A model generated the notes under the pieces. That model was not told the origin of the DNA. It was given only the letters and a program-made list of their open reading frames with translations, and did no database searches. From assembly GCA_050633305.1 (NCBI GenBank), contig JBOEGF010000010.1:416001-480000 (forward strand): DNA of 64,000 nucleotides. The letters are read 5' to 3'. Below, piece after piece: positions 21,096 to 31,518 of the stretch. Source of the DNA: Nannocystales bacterium. Lineage in GTDB: Bacteria; Myxococcota_A; Polyangia; Nannocystales; Nannocystaceae. The translations under genes were made by a program, and so were the position numbers. Within the stretch, counting starts at the first letter, position 1. Every line of letters begins with the position of its first letter.

Positions 21096-22526
21096 ATGTC
21101 GAAGCCACTGCCGCACAACAAGGAAGCCGAGGCCGCGGTTCTCGGCGCGATCCTCCTGCGCAACGAGAGTCTCAACGAGGTCGTCTCGATCCTCTTGCCC
21201 GAGGACTACTACGTGCCGGCCCACCAGGCCGTCTACAAGGCGATGACCAAGCTTGCCGACCGCGGCCAGCCCATCGATATCGTCACCCTTGATGCCCAGT
21301 TGCGGGGGACCGACGAGATCAGTCTCATCGGTGGTCTGGAAGGGTTGGGCAAACTGGCCGATCGCTATGCGACCAGCCACAACATCGTCCACCACGCGGA
21401 GCTCATCCGGGACGCGTCCACCATTCGCAAGCTCGTGGTCACGTGTGCCGAGATTGCGGAGGAGGGTCGCAACGAGGTCGAAGACGTTGGGCAGTACATC
21501 GACGAGGCCGAGCGGAAGTTGCTCGAGGTCAACCAGGCGGGGCGCAAGGGCAGCTACAAGTCGGCCAAGGACCTGATTCACGGCGTCTTCGAGGCGATCA
21601 CCGAGCGGGCCAAACTCAAGAACCCGATCACTGGTGTCCCGACCTCGTTCAAGAAGCTCGATGAGATGACCGGTGGCATGCAGCCGGGCGACTTGGTGAT
21701 TCTCGCGGCTCGTCCGTCGATGGGAAAGACGGCGCTCTCGCTCAACTTTGCGCAGCACGCCTGCATCGTCCAGGAGCACGACGTCAACAAGCCGGAGGCG
21801 GAGCGGCCGCCCAAGTTCCCGGTGCTGTATTTCTCCCTCGAGATGGGTGCCAACCAGCTCATCGAGCGGATCCTCTGCAGCGAGGCCCGCATCGATGCAG
21901 GGAAGCTGCGGGCGGGTCGATTGGTCGAGCAGGAGTTTGCCGCGCTCGTGCGTGCGGCCGACCGCGTCTACAAGGCGCCGTTGTTCATCGACGACTCCGC
22001 TGCACCGACGATCCTCGAGATCCGCGCTCGCTCTCGCCGGTTCCGCCAGGACAAGAGCTTATTCCCCCCCCCAGAGGAAGGGAGCAACCGCAAGCCATTG
22101 GGCATGATCGTCGTCGATTATCTGCAGCTGGCCCGTGGGGGAAAGGGCAAGTACGACATCCGCGAGCAGGAGATTTCCGAGATCTCGCGAGGCCTCAAGG
22201 CCATCGCCAAGGAACTCGAAGTTCCAGTCATCGCGCTCTCTCAGCTCAACCGCGGTGTCGACAGCCGAGCGGATCACCGCCCGATGCTTTCCGACCTCCG
22301 GGAGTCGGGCGCCATCGAGCAGGACGCGGACATCATCATGTTCATCTATCGCGAGGCGCGGTACGTGACCGACGAGCAGAAGCGCAAGGAGATCGAGCGC
22401 GATGCCGAGGTGATCATCGGCAAACAGCGAAACGGCCCGTGTGGGACCGTGCACCTCTCCTTCATCGGTGAGCACACCCGATTTGAGAACCCCGCGTTTG
22501 GGGGCAACGGTCCTCCGGGGGGTTGA
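21096..22526 (+). CDS. dnaB: Replicative DNA helicase
   Basis: PHNKEAEAAVLG, ARPSMGKT, VDYLQL, LSQLNR, SDLRESGAIEQDAD, KQRNGP. Confidence 0.97.
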   Translation: MSKPLPHNKEAEAAVLGAILLRNESLNEVVSILLPEDYYVPAHQAVYKAMTKLADRGQPIDIVTLDAQLRGTDEISLIGGLEGLGKLADRYATSHNIVHHAELIRDASTIRKLVVTCAEIAEEGRNEVEDVGQYIDEAERKLLEVNQAGRKGSYKSAKDLIHGVFEAITERAKLKNPITGVPTSFKKLDEMTGGMQPGDLVILAARPSMGKTALSLNFAQHACIVQEHDVNKPEAERPPKFPVLYFSLEMGANQLIERILCSEARIDAGKLRAGRLVEQEFAALVRAADRVYKAPLFIDDSAAPTILEIRARSRRFRQDKSLFPPPEEGSNRKPLGMIVVDYLQLARGGKGKYDIREQEISEISRGLKAIAKELEVPVIALSQLNRGVDSRADHRPMLSDLRESGAIEQDADIIMFIYREARYVTDEQKRKEIERDAEVIIGKQRNGPCGTVHLSFIGEHTRFENPAFGGNGPPGG

Positions 22527-22679
22527 GCGGGATTCGCTCGAACCTGCGCCCAGCGCAGCCAGGAGCGCACCGAAACCAGTTGCGCAAGACACGCTGCCCT
22601 CGGGGTGGAACGCCTGTTCATCTACACCATGCGTTTCGTGGCAGTCGACGGCGCTCCCGTGATAAACCCTGGCCGTACG

Positions 22680-23705
22680 ATGGCGGCACCGCCGGAAAGC
22701 ATCGGCCAGTTCTCAGTGGTCGGACTGCTCGGCAAGGGAGCGATGGGGGAGGTCTACGAGGGCCTCGACTCAGCCCTTGGCCGGCGAGTTGCGATCAAGA
22801 TCCTAGGTGCAAAGCATCGGGAGTCGACCGAGTTCAAGACCCGCTTCCTTCGCGAGGGCCGGTCGCTGGCGGCGATGAACCACGCCAACATCGTGCAGAT
22901 CTACGCGATCGGCGAGCACGAAGGCCGTCCTTTCTTGGCGATGGAGTTTCTCGACGGCGAAGACCTCGGCGCCGCGCTCAAGAAACGTGGACCGCTTCAT
23001 CCCGCCGACGCGGCGGAGGGCATTCGCCAGGCCGCGGTCGGCTTGCGAGAGGCGAAGCGGGCTGGGGTTGTCCACCGGGACGTCAAACCCTCGAACCTGG
23101 TCGTCACCAGTCAGGGCGCGGTGAAGGTCACCGACTTCGGCCTGGCCAAGGCGTTGCAGGAAGACCTTTCGATCACGGCAACCGGTGTGTTCGTCGGAAC
23201 GCCGGACTACCTGGCACCCGAGCAGGCGATGGGCGATGAAGTCGATTCTCGCGCCGACGTGTACGCTTTGGGATGCTCCTTGTTCCACATGTGCAGCGGG
23301 CATCCCCCGTTCCGCAAGGGTGGGCACGACGACCACTACACCGCTGTGGTCCGTCGGCACCTCAAGTCCGAGCGACCCCAACTCAAGCTCGAGGTCGCAG
23401 CGTTCGACACTCCGCTGTCGGACCTTTGTCGTCGCATGATGAGTCGGCGCCCCGACGTGCGCCCCACGTTCGATGAGCTCGTCGACAAGCTTGGGGAGTT
23501 CTCCCAGAAGAACGGCGGTCGTATCCCGCCGCGTCACCAGGATGTCGAACTCCTCGAAGCGACAAAAGCCTCTCCGGCCGAGTTGGTCGAGACCAACGAC
23601 ATCGCGCCAGCACCTCAGCGCAGCAAGACGGTCGCAATCGCGGTCGCTGCAGGCATCGCCATTGGCGTAGGTGTATCGGCGGCGGTGATCATGGCGCTGC
23701 GGTGA
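22680..23705 (+). CDS. Ser/Thr protein kinase with C-terminal TM anchor
   Basis: GKGAMGEVY, VAIK, HRDVKPSN, DFGLAK, GTPDYLAPE. Confidence 0.92.
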   Translation: MAAPPESIGQFSVVGLLGKGAMGEVYEGLDSALGRRVAIKILGAKHRESTEFKTRFLREGRSLAAMNHANIVQIYAIGEHEGRPFLAMEFLDGEDLGAALKKRGPLHPADAAEGIRQAAVGLREAKRAGVVHRDVKPSNLVVTSQGAVKVTDFGLAKALQEDLSITATGVFVGTPDYLAPEQAMGDEVDSRADVYALGCSLFHMCSGHPPFRKGGHDDHYTAVVRRHLKSERPQLKLEVAAFDTPLSDLCRRMMSRRPDVRPTFDELVDKLGEFSQKNGGRIPPRHQDVELLEATKASPAELVETNDIAPAPQRSKTVAIAVAAGIAIGVGVSAAVIMALR

Positions 23706-24811
23706 CCGAAAGAGCGCCCAGGCCCGAACGCATTGCAGCCGCAGCGCGAGCCCTCGGCTCCGAGCTGCGCGACCTGGTGACCTTGTATGCCGATGCGGTC
23801 GGGGCGAACCTCGCGGATCAGGCGCAGATGGTCGCTTGGGATCGCGAGCAGCTGATCGGCCAAGTCCAGCAGCGGCTCGACGGGCTCCGCGGGCAACGGT
23901 TTCGCGAGCTCGGGGACACCAACGTCCGCATCATCGAGCGCGCGGGCCAGCCGTTGGAGAGTCTGGAGCTGGTTTGGACGAACCTGCGCCAAGGACGACG
24001 CGTGAAGCTCGAGTGGGAAGAAGGCGCCTGTGCCGTCGTTCCGACGCTGCTGCGTCCGTTGGCCCGGGTGCTTCGAAGCACCGTGGGCGCGGAGGTGCTG
24101 CATATCTCCGAGACCCCATGGGCTGCGGGCGATCAGGAACCTTCCGCGTCGCAGATGGCCTTCAAGGTGGCGCATGACAACCCGGACGATCCCCGCCGAT
24201 GGCCGATCGTGGGCGTCCGACGTCCGGGTCCGCGGGTCGCGGTTGTCGAATCCTCGGCCGACCGGGAGCTGGCCGCGTATGTGTTGGCACGGACCAGTCT
24301 ACGGCGCTCGGGGACCGACCCGCGCAGCGTGAAGCGGGCGTACGTCGTGGATGCGGAGGAGCGGTTCCTACGGCATCTCAAGCGGGTTTGGGTTGGGGCC
24401 GTGATGGGCCCGCCCGACGATCCTTTCTCGTTTGCAGGCCCCGTGACGCCGGGGATGCGCGAGGCTTTTCTCGACGCGCACCGAGCTTGGGAGCGGCAGC
24501 CCGGTGCCGATGTGTTGGTTGCCGGCGGTGACTTGGCCCGCTCCGGGGCCCCGGGTTGCTACTTGGCGCCCGCCCTGTTCGCCTGCGACTGGCCTGTTCC
24601 TGATGTGCCGCTCGCGGGCCCGATGATGGTCGTCGTGCGCTCCCGAATCGATCAAGCTCGCGCGGCCGCCGAAGCTGCGACGCGTGAGGGCGGACAAGCC
24701 GTGGTCGTGGGTGCCTCGAGGACTCGCTACCCCGGGGAAGTTCGCCATATTCGCGGAGCTCTGCTCGTCGAGCGCTTGCCACCCGGTCTGCCTGATCCCC
24801 GCCCCGTTTGA
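23702..24811 (+). CDS. Degenerate aldehyde dehydrogenase-fold protein (probable pseudoenzyme)
   Basis: C-terminal half aligns by eye with the ALDH catalytic domain (AD..LA, KRAYV, GPPDDP..AGPV, AGG, GCYLAP, AGP) but lacks the catalytic Cys and Glu; GTGA overlap with the kinase. Confidence 0.6.
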   Translation: MTERAPRPERIAAAARALGSELRDLVTLYADAVGANLADQAQMVAWDREQLIGQVQQRLDGLRGQRFRELGDTNVRIIERAGQPLESLELVWTNLRQGRRVKLEWEEGACAVVPTLLRPLARVLRSTVGAEVLHISETPWAAGDQEPSASQMAFKVAHDNPDDPRRWPIVGVRRPGPRVAVVESSADRELAAYVLARTSLRRSGTDPRSVKRAYVVDAEERFLRHLKRVWVGAVMGPPDDPFSFAGPVTPGMREAFLDAHRAWERQPGADVLVAGGDLARSGAPGCYLAPALFACDWPVPDVPLAGPMMVVVRSRIDQARAAAEAATREGGQAVVVGASRTRYPGEVRHIRGALLVERLPPGLPDPRPV

Positions 24812-24944
24812 ACGCGTCGCGACGGTGCCGTCGGTGACATTGTGCCGGAGGTCATCGACGACGCTTCGCCGGCTGCTTGGATTGTCCGACTCGTCGTGAC
24901 GCGGCGGAGCCCATCCCGCTTCGAGTAGCGGTACGGTACCGCTC

Positions 24945-25745
24945 ATGCGGCGCTTTTCCCTTGGATGTGTACTGACGGTTGGACTCTTCGTTGGATGCGG
25001 GGACGATGGAGGCTCGGAGACGGGGACCTCCGAGGGGGCGGGTACCTCGGGATCCACCGGCGGGCCGACGAGTTCTCCGACCTCGATGTCGACGAGCGGG
25101 CCGGGGACCTCCGGAGTGGAGACCGGTTCGTCAACCGTCGCCCCAAGCTCCACGGGTACCGGTGACTCATCGTCGAGCAGCGGAGGCGGGCAAGGCACAG
25201 ACGATGGTTCGGAGAGCAGCAGCACCGGGGGCGACGGGGTTGGCCTGCTCCAAAACGACATGTGGCGCGACGGAGGTCAGACGTCGGTACAAGGTGGCTT
25301 CGCGTCGGGAGAGTGTTGGGCCTCGACCTACGTTCCCGAGGCGACGGACTACCCCTTTCGTGTGCGCGGGCTTCAAGCCCTGATCAGTGGTGATGTGGAG
25401 GGGGTCACCGAGGCTTTTGACGTCAGTGTGTGGTCCGTCGACGACGAACTGCGGCCTCTCGCGGAGCTGGGAACCGCCGCTGCCGAGTTCACAGCATCCA
25501 ACGATGCGTTCAACAGCGCGGAGTTCGACCTTCTGTCGATCGACGACATCATTCTCGACGAGGGGGCGTTCGCGATCTCGATGTGCTTGGTCGATCATGA
25601 CGGCTTCCCTGCCATCGCCACTGACGTGGGCCAGGAGCTCATCGCCGACCGAAACTGGCTGTTTACCGGCGGGGCCTGGACCCCCTCGGGCGACTTCGGC
25701 CTGACCGGAAACTGGATCATGCGAGCGATCATCGAGCCCCAGTAG
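24945..25745 (+). CDS. Lipoprotein with Ser/Thr/Gly stalk and C-terminal beta domain
   Basis: Lipobox FVGC; low-complexity stalk; ends GNWIMRAII. Confidence 0.7.
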   Translation: MRRFSLGCVLTVGLFVGCGDDGGSETGTSEGAGTSGSTGGPTSSPTSMSTSGPGTSGVETGSSTVAPSSTGTGDSSSSSGGGQGTDDGSESSSTGGDGVGLLQNDMWRDGGQTSVQGGFASGECWASTYVPEATDYPFRVRGLQALISGDVEGVTEAFDVSVWSVDDELRPLAELGTAAAEFTASNDAFNSAEFDLLSIDDIILDEGAFAISMCLVDHDGFPAIATDVGQELIADRNWLFTGGAWTPSGDFGLTGNWIMRAIIEPQ

Positions 25746-25777
25746 GGCCGGGACCGATCGCATTTTCCCAACGCACG

Positions 25778-25810
25778 AAAAAAGAGGGCCGGCAAATGCC
25801 GACCCTCTGT
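25778..25810 (-). terminator. Terminator between convergent lipoprotein genes
   Basis: AGAGGGCCGGC-AAAT-GCCGACCCTCT stem preceded by an A run (T tail on the minus strand). Confidence 0.7.
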
Positions 25811-25842
25811 TGCGCTGAGCGAGCTCGAAGGAGCCTGCGAGT

Positions 25843-27045
25843 TTACAGGCCGGGGACGAGGTCGTCGCAGCCGACGGCTCGAGCGCAGCCCGAGCAGATC
25901 GTCAGGTTTCCGCGCTCTGCTCGGTCCTGGGTCGGGCCGTTGCCAACTCCGGCGAAGTCGTTCGGGTCTTCGGTCGCGAGAATCACGAGGCACTCCGCGG
26001 AGTTCATCGAGATGTTGTAGCCCGCGCCCTCGGTCGCCATATCGCCCGGGAAGTTGATCGAGCCCTGGTTTTCGTTGGGCTTCTGCCCAAGGTCGATGCC
26101 CTCGGCGAGCCGGACCTGGCCTGCGCTGTCGTCAACTCTGGCCTCGCACAACGCGCCGTCTTCGTCGTTGCCCGGCGTGTTGTCTCCGTCGTTTCGCAGC
26201 AGGTATCCAACCCAGAAGTCGGAGGCGCTGGGGATGTCGACGATGCCGTCTGCTGCCTGACCATCGTTGGAGGTGATCTTGACCTGTCCGAACTCGAGGT
26301 CGGCTGCAAGGCAGGGACAGTCAGAGGCCCAGCCGGCGGCTTCGCAGGTCTCGACATCGGCCGCGGCACAAAGCGGGCTGATGGAGCTGTTCTCGTCGAC
26401 AATGACCCAGGCGGTACCGTTGCTGAGCGTGATGTCGGCCGAACCGGGGAGGTTCTCCACGCACACGTTGCCTCGGTTTTGGTAGTCCGAGTCGGCGAGG
26501 TTGTCGTCGGTCGAGATCTGGAGGTCGAAGATGAAGTCGCGAGGCAGCGTCACGCGAAGGTCCGCACCGGAGCGGTCAACCTGCACCTGTCCGTCGTAGA
26601 AGACCGCGATCTGGCAGTCGTCTTGCCAGGGTTGCACGCCGGTCGGGTCGACGCAGTTGTCCTCAGGGTCCAAGGTGAAGGGCCGGGCCGGGAGAGTCGC
26701 GGTGGAGCCCCAGATCGAGAGCTTGGCGAAGTCTTCCTCGGCGAGCGCTTGGCTTTCCACCTGGGTGAACTTCCGCATCTCGACGGTGATCCGAGAGACG
26801 TCGGCGTATTGAACGATGACGTCGCCCCGGTTGTTGAAGTTGTCACCGCCGTCGTCCCCGATCCTCACGGTCTGGATCTCGATGGTGCCGTCTTCGGCAT
26901 AGATGTTGAAGGGCTGGTCGATGACCGTCTCCCACTCGCCCCGGAAGGGCTGGGCAACACCGGTGGAGTTGTCGGCGGGGTTGCAGCTCGCCAGCCCGGT
27001 GAGGGTGGCGGCGGCGAGCATCATCATGAGAAAAGAGCGCTTCAT
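25843..27045 (-). CDS. Hypothetical acidic Cys-containing lipoprotein
   Basis: MKRSFLMMMLAAATLTGLASC lipobox; GGAG RBS. Confidence 0.75.
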   Translation of the reverse strand: MKRSFLMMMLAAATLTGLASCNPADNSTGVAQPFRGEWETVIDQPFNIYAEDGTIEIQTVRIGDDGGDNFNNRGDVIVQYADVSRITVEMRKFTQVESQALAEEDFAKLSIWGSTATLPARPFTLDPEDNCVDPTGVQPWQDDCQIAVFYDGQVQVDRSGADLRVTLPRDFIFDLQISTDDNLADSDYQNRGNVCVENLPGSADITLSNGTAWVIVDENSSISPLCAAADVETCEAAGWASDCPCLAADLEFGQVKITSNDGQAADGIVDIPSASDFWVGYLLRNDGDNTPGNDEDGALCEARVDDSAGQVRLAEGIDLGQKPNENQGSINFPGDMATEGAGYNISMNSAECLVILATEDPNDFAGVGNGPTQDRAERGNLTICSGCARAVGCDDLVPGL

Positions 27046-27215
27046 ATCGTTCTCCGAGGACTGACGCGGAGCATATACCCGCGTCTAGGGGGCAGCAATG
27101 ACGCCGGGACCAGGTCCCGGGCGGGATAGGGCCAGCTGGCGTGTGTGGAGACGCAAGGCGCCGGATAGCGGGTGTTTGCGCCATACCCTACTCTTCGGGG
27201 CCACGGAGCAAAGCG

Positions 27216-30200
27216 ATGTCCGACCACGCAGCAACGTCCACGCTGAAGGCGCCTCCGGCGAGCTTCGACCTCCCGGCCCTTGAGGAGAGCATTCTCCATT
27301 TCTGGCAAACCAACGACGTCGAGGCTCGGAGCTTACGCCAAGGAGCCGAAGCAGCCACGGGGGACGGCAAGACCTCGTTCGCCTTCTACGACGGCCCACC
27401 GTTCGCGACCGGCCTTCCGCACTACGGCCACCTGCTCGCAGGCACGATCAAGGACGTTGTCCCCAGGTATCAGGCCATGCGTGGCCGCCCCGTTGAACGG
27501 CGGTTCGGGTGGGACTGCCACGGTCTGCCGATCGAGAGCCTGGTCGAAAACGAACTGGGGGTTCACGGCAGCGCCGACATCGAGGCGTACGGCATCGAGA
27601 AATTCAACGCGGCCTGCCGGGCGGGCGTGCTCCGCTACACGAAAGAGTGGGAGCTCGCGGTCCGGCGTATGGGACGGTGGATCGATTTCGAGAACGACTA
27701 CAAGACCATGGACGCGTCGTTCATGGAGACGGTGTGGTGGGTCTTCCGTCAGCTGTGGGACAAGGGCTTCATCTACGAAGGCCACCGAGTGCAGCCCGTG
27801 TCTCCGGCTCTGGGAACTCCGCTGTCGAACTTCGAGGTCGCGCAGGGACCCCAAGAGAAGGACCCGGTCACCCGCAAAGAGGGCCATCGCCGTCGACAAG
27901 ACCCGTCGCTCACCGTGCGGTTCAAGCTCGAGGACGAAGACGTGTACCTGTGGGCGTGGACGACCACGCCGTGGACCCTCCCCAGCAACCTCGCCCTCGC
28001 GGTCCATCCCGACCTCGAGTACGTGAAGTTCGAGGTCGTGGAGACCGGCGAGATCGCGATCGCCGAGCCGGGCCGGCTCGCCGACTACCAAGAGAAGGGT
28101 AAGGTCGGAGAGACGAAGGAACTCGCGCGTCTCAAGGGGTCCGAGTTGGTCGGTCGGCCCTACGCGCCTTTGCTCCCGTATTTCGAGTCGTACCGCCTCA
28201 AGGAGGACGGCTCGCGTTGGGCGTTCAAGGTCGTGGGGGCGGACTACGTCACCACCGACAGCGGCACCGGTGTTGTGCACCAGGCCCCCGCGTTCGGCGA
28301 GGACGACTATCAGATCGGCGTGAAAGAAGGTTTGCCGCTGGTCCGCCCGCTCGACCTCGCGGGCAAGTTCTCCCAAGCGGTCCCAGACTTTGCAGGGCAG
28401 CACGCCAAGGACGCGGACAAGGGCATCATGGCGATGCTCAAAGACCGGGGCAGCGTCGTCGACCAAGACGTCTACGTCCACCCCTACCCGCACTGCTACC
28501 GGACCGAAGAGCCCCTGCTCTACATGGCGCTCTCCACCTGGTTCATGAAGGTGGAGGAGATGCGCGATACCTTGGTCGCGCACAACGAGAAGATCCACTG
28601 GGTGCCCGGTCACGTTGGCAAGGGCCGCTTTGGCAACTGGCTGGGAGGCGCCCGGGACTGGAACCTCGCGCGCAACCGCTTCTGGGGCACACCCCTTCCG
28701 ATCTGGCGCTGCGACACCGACCCCTCCGACATGCACTGCATCGGCTCGGTCGGCGAGCTCGAGGAACTCGCCGGGCTGGAGAAGGGCTCCGTGCTGGACC
28801 TGCACCGCGAGAGCGTCGACAGCATCACCTGGGCGAGCAAGGCCGGCGGCCTCATGCGACGTGTACCCGAGGTGTTCGACTGCTGGTTCGAGTCCGGCAG
28901 CATGCCCTACGCGCAGAACCACTACCCGTTCGATCCCGCGAAGAAGGGCTACGTCGAAAACAACCTCCCGGCGGACTTCATCGCCGAGGGGCTCGACCAG
29001 ACCCGCGGCTGGTTCTACACGCTGCACGTCCTCGCCACCGCGCTCTTCGATCGGCCCGCGTTCAAGAACGTGATCGTCAACGGACTGGTGCTTGCCGAGG
29101 ACGGCAAGAAAATGTCCAAACGGCTGAAGAACTACCCTGACCCGACGGAGGTGATGGAGAAGTATGGAGCCGACGCGCTGCGGGCCTACTTGATCAACTC
29201 CGCCGTCGTGCGAGCCGAGCCCATGCGCTTCGCCGAGAAGGGCGTTCGCGACACCGTGCGCACCGTCGTCCTGCCACTGTGGAACGCCTACAAGTTCCTC
29301 AGCACCTATGCGTTGGCGGATGGCTGGTCGCCGACCAAAGCCGACCTCGAACTCCGTCCGCAAGGCACGGCGGACCGTTGGATCCTCAGCCGGGTACAGT
29401 CATTCCTCGCCGATCTCGTTTCCGAATACGACGACTACGCCCTGTCAAATGTCGTTCCGGCGTTTCACCGGATCTGCGACGACCTCAACAACTGGTACAT
29501 CCGCCGCGGTCGGAGGCGATACTGGCGGTCCAAGGAAGAAGGCGCTGAGGCGGAGCGCGACAAGGCGGAGGCCTACGGCACGTTGTTCCGCGTGCTGCAG
29601 ACCGTCTCGGCCGCGATCGCTCCGGTGATGCCGTTCTTCTCGGAGTGGATGTACCAACGGCTCGTGGTCGAAACCGGGCTTTCCGACGCCGATAGTGTGC
29701 ATCTGAGTGCCTTCCCGCTCCCCGACGCGTCATTGCGCGACGAGGCTCTCGAGGTCGAGGTCGCGGCGGTTCGTCAGGCGGTCAACCTGGGGCTCGCCAT
29801 TCGCGAACGCGAGAAGATCGGTGTGCGGCGTCCCTTGGGCACGCTGACCGTCGCATCCGTGGACGAGGCGGTGCGGGTCGCGGTGAAGGCACACGCCGAT
29901 GACCTGTTGTCCGAGCTCAACATCAAGGCGCTCGAAGTCGTCGCGGACGATGGGGGACTGGTCACGCTCAAGGCGAAGGCCAACTTCAAGGTTCTGGGTC
30001 GGAAGCTTGGCAAGCGGATGAAGGCCGTCGCAGGTGCCGTCGCAGCCCTGAGCCCGGAGCAGGTGCAAGCGTTTGTTCGTGAAGGCTCCATCGCGCTCGA
30101 GGGCGAGACCCTCTCGCCCGAGGACATCCTGATCGAGCGGGAGGTTGCGGGGGGTCAGTCGGCGGAAGCCGCCGATGGGATGACCGTGTTGCTCGACACC

Positions 30201-30500
30201 GAGGTCACCGACGCGCTGCGCCTGGAAGGGCTCGCGCGGGAGGTCATCAGTCGGGTTCAGAACCTGCGCAAGGCCGCGGATCTCGACGTCAGCCAAACCG
30301 TCGAACTCGTATTGGCGTGCGATGGGGCCTTGGCCGATGTTGCACAGGACGCTGGGCTGGTCGAGTTGATCCAGGCGGAGACACTGGCAAGCACGCTGAG
30401 CCATCAAGCGCACACCGAGCCGGGCAGTCTGGGCACCGAACATCACGCTGCGGACAAGATCGACGGCGAGAAGCTGTCGGTCGGACTCCGCGTGTCCTGA
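27216..30500 (+). CDS. ileS: Isoleucine--tRNA ligase, type 2 (archaeal/eukaryote-like)
   Basis: FYDGPPFATGLPHYGH, GWDCHGLP, WTTTPWTLPSN, EGLDQTRGWFY, KMSKRLKNY; type-2 C-terminal extension. Confidence 0.97.
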   Translation: MSDHAATSTLKAPPASFDLPALEESILHFWQTNDVEARSLRQGAEAATGDGKTSFAFYDGPPFATGLPHYGHLLAGTIKDVVPRYQAMRGRPVERRFGWDCHGLPIESLVENELGVHGSADIEAYGIEKFNAACRAGVLRYTKEWELAVRRMGRWIDFENDYKTMDASFMETVWWVFRQLWDKGFIYEGHRVQPVSPALGTPLSNFEVAQGPQEKDPVTRKEGHRRRQDPSLTVRFKLEDEDVYLWAWTTTPWTLPSNLALAVHPDLEYVKFEVVETGEIAIAEPGRLADYQEKGKVGETKELARLKGSELVGRPYAPLLPYFESYRLKEDGSRWAFKVVGADYVTTDSGTGVVHQAPAFGEDDYQIGVKEGLPLVRPLDLAGKFSQAVPDFAGQHAKDADKGIMAMLKDRGSVVDQDVYVHPYPHCYRTEEPLLYMALSTWFMKVEEMRDTLVAHNEKIHWVPGHVGKGRFGNWLGGARDWNLARNRFWGTPLPIWRCDTDPSDMHCIGSVGELEELAGLEKGSVLDLHRESVDSITWASKAGGLMRRVPEVFDCWFESGSMPYAQNHYPFDPAKKGYVENNLPADFIAEGLDQTRGWFYTLHVLATALFDRPAFKNVIVNGLVLAEDGKKMSKRLKNYPDPTEVMEKYGADALRAYLINSAVVRAEPMRFAEKGVRDTVRTVVLPLWNAYKFLSTYALADGWSPTKADLELRPQGTADRWILSRVQSFLADLVSEYDDYALSNVVPAFHRICDDLNNWYIRRGRRRYWRSKEEGAEAERDKAEAYGTLFRVLQTVSAAIAPVMPFFSEWMYQRLVVETGLSDADSVHLSAFPLPDASLRDEALEVEVAAVRQAVNLGLAIREREKIGVRRPLGTLTVASVDEAVRVAVKAHADDLLSELNIKALEVVADDGGLVTLKAKANFKVLGRKLGKRMKAVAGAVAALSPEQVQAFVREGSIALEGETLSPEDILIEREVAGGQSAEAADGMTVLLDTEVTDALRLEGLAREVISRVQNLRKAADLDVSQTVELVLACDGALADVAQDAGLVELIQAETLASTLSHQAHTEPGSLGTEHHAADKIDGEKLSVGLRVS

Positions 30501-30502
30501 TC

Positions 30503-31198
30503 ATGGCCAGCGACCCCAACGGGTTCCCGAGCCCCTGGAAGATCCCCATGCGCATCACCGCGGTCCTCGGGATCGTGGGGGTCGCGCTGTTGGTCGGGGC
30601 TGTGTTCGTCTCGGGCCCGGCGTTGGGGTTGATGGTTCCCGGTATTGCACTGACGGTCTTCATGGGAGGCGCGTGGGCGTTTGCCCGGTCGAGGGCGGCG
30701 CTGATCGAGTCCGACTTGCAACGGCTCCGTCGCGATGACGCAGTTGTTCGTTGGGAACTCGAGCCTCAGCAATGGGCGGACTTTGTTCGTGGCCGGCGTT
30801 TCCGGACCCGAGCCTGGTTGCTCGGCGGGACGGCCGGCATCTCGCTGGTGCCGGCGCTGCTCGTCGCGGTGTTGTTCGCAGGGCCGCCTCAAGCCCATGC
30901 CGCTGCCGGGTGGATCGGCGGGGGGCTTGGAGTTGTCTGGGCCTGCGCTCTGGTTGCCGTGGCCTTTGCGGGCCGGGCGAGCCGAACACCCCGGCCGGTC
31001 GTGTTTGCCCCGAAGCTGTGCGCGGTCGGGCGGACCGTGTTCGCATGGCCCAACGGCATCGCGATGATCAGTCTCGACGAGGCCGCCAAGACGTTGTGGA
31101 TCACGCGGAAGGGCGCGCTGTTCATGCCTGCGATGACGTTTGCCATTCCCGTCCCGTCGGACAGCCTCGCGCAGGCTCGGACGCTGCTGCCCTCGTGA
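30503..31198 (+). CDS. Hypothetical membrane protein
   Basis: 4 TM helices; starts 2 nt after the ileS stop. Confidence 0.6.
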   Translation: MASDPNGFPSPWKIPMRITAVLGIVGVALLVGAVFVSGPALGLMVPGIALTVFMGGAWAFARSRAALIESDLQRLRRDDAVVRWELEPQQWADFVRGRRFRTRAWLLGGTAGISLVPALLVAVLFAGPPQAHAAAGWIGGGLGVVWACALVAVAFAGRASRTPRPVVFAPKLCAVGRTVFAWPNGIAMISLDEAAKTLWITRKGALFMPAMTFAIPVPSDSLAQARTLLPS

Positions 31199-31452
31199 GC
31201 CATCCGGGCGAAGAGCGATTCACAGCGCTCGTGGAGCGGGTGTGTCGGCAGGGCATGACCGACCCCGGGGACGAGCGGTGGCCCGCATTGCTCGGAGACA
31301 CGCGGACATCTGCTGCGTTCGTGGAATGGGCGACGTTCCACCCGAAATGGTGTCACGACGTGGCCGATGTCGCGGAACAGGTCTGCGCGAAGCCGCTCGA
31401 AGCCGCGGCTGCGATCCTCGCTGGCATCGCGGCGGAATCGCTCGAGGAGTAG
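31195..31452 (+). CDS. Small hypothetical protein (85 aa)
   Basis: GTGA overlap with the upstream stop; protein-like composition. Confidence 0.45.
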   Translation: MSHPGEERFTALVERVCRQGMTDPGDERWPALLGDTRTSAAFVEWATFHPKWCHDVADVAEQVCAKPLEAAAAILAGIAAESLEE

Positions 31453-31518
31453 CGGACCCTGTGGAGAAGGTTGCGAAGGCGTTCCAAACCGCTTTCTCGT
31501 TCGCGGTACCATCGTGGT

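Noticed and set aside
24896..24922. GTGACGCG as a fifth copy of the ECF motif
   Set aside because: The -10 position reads CGCTTC, which does not match; the gene has a TACGGT box instead
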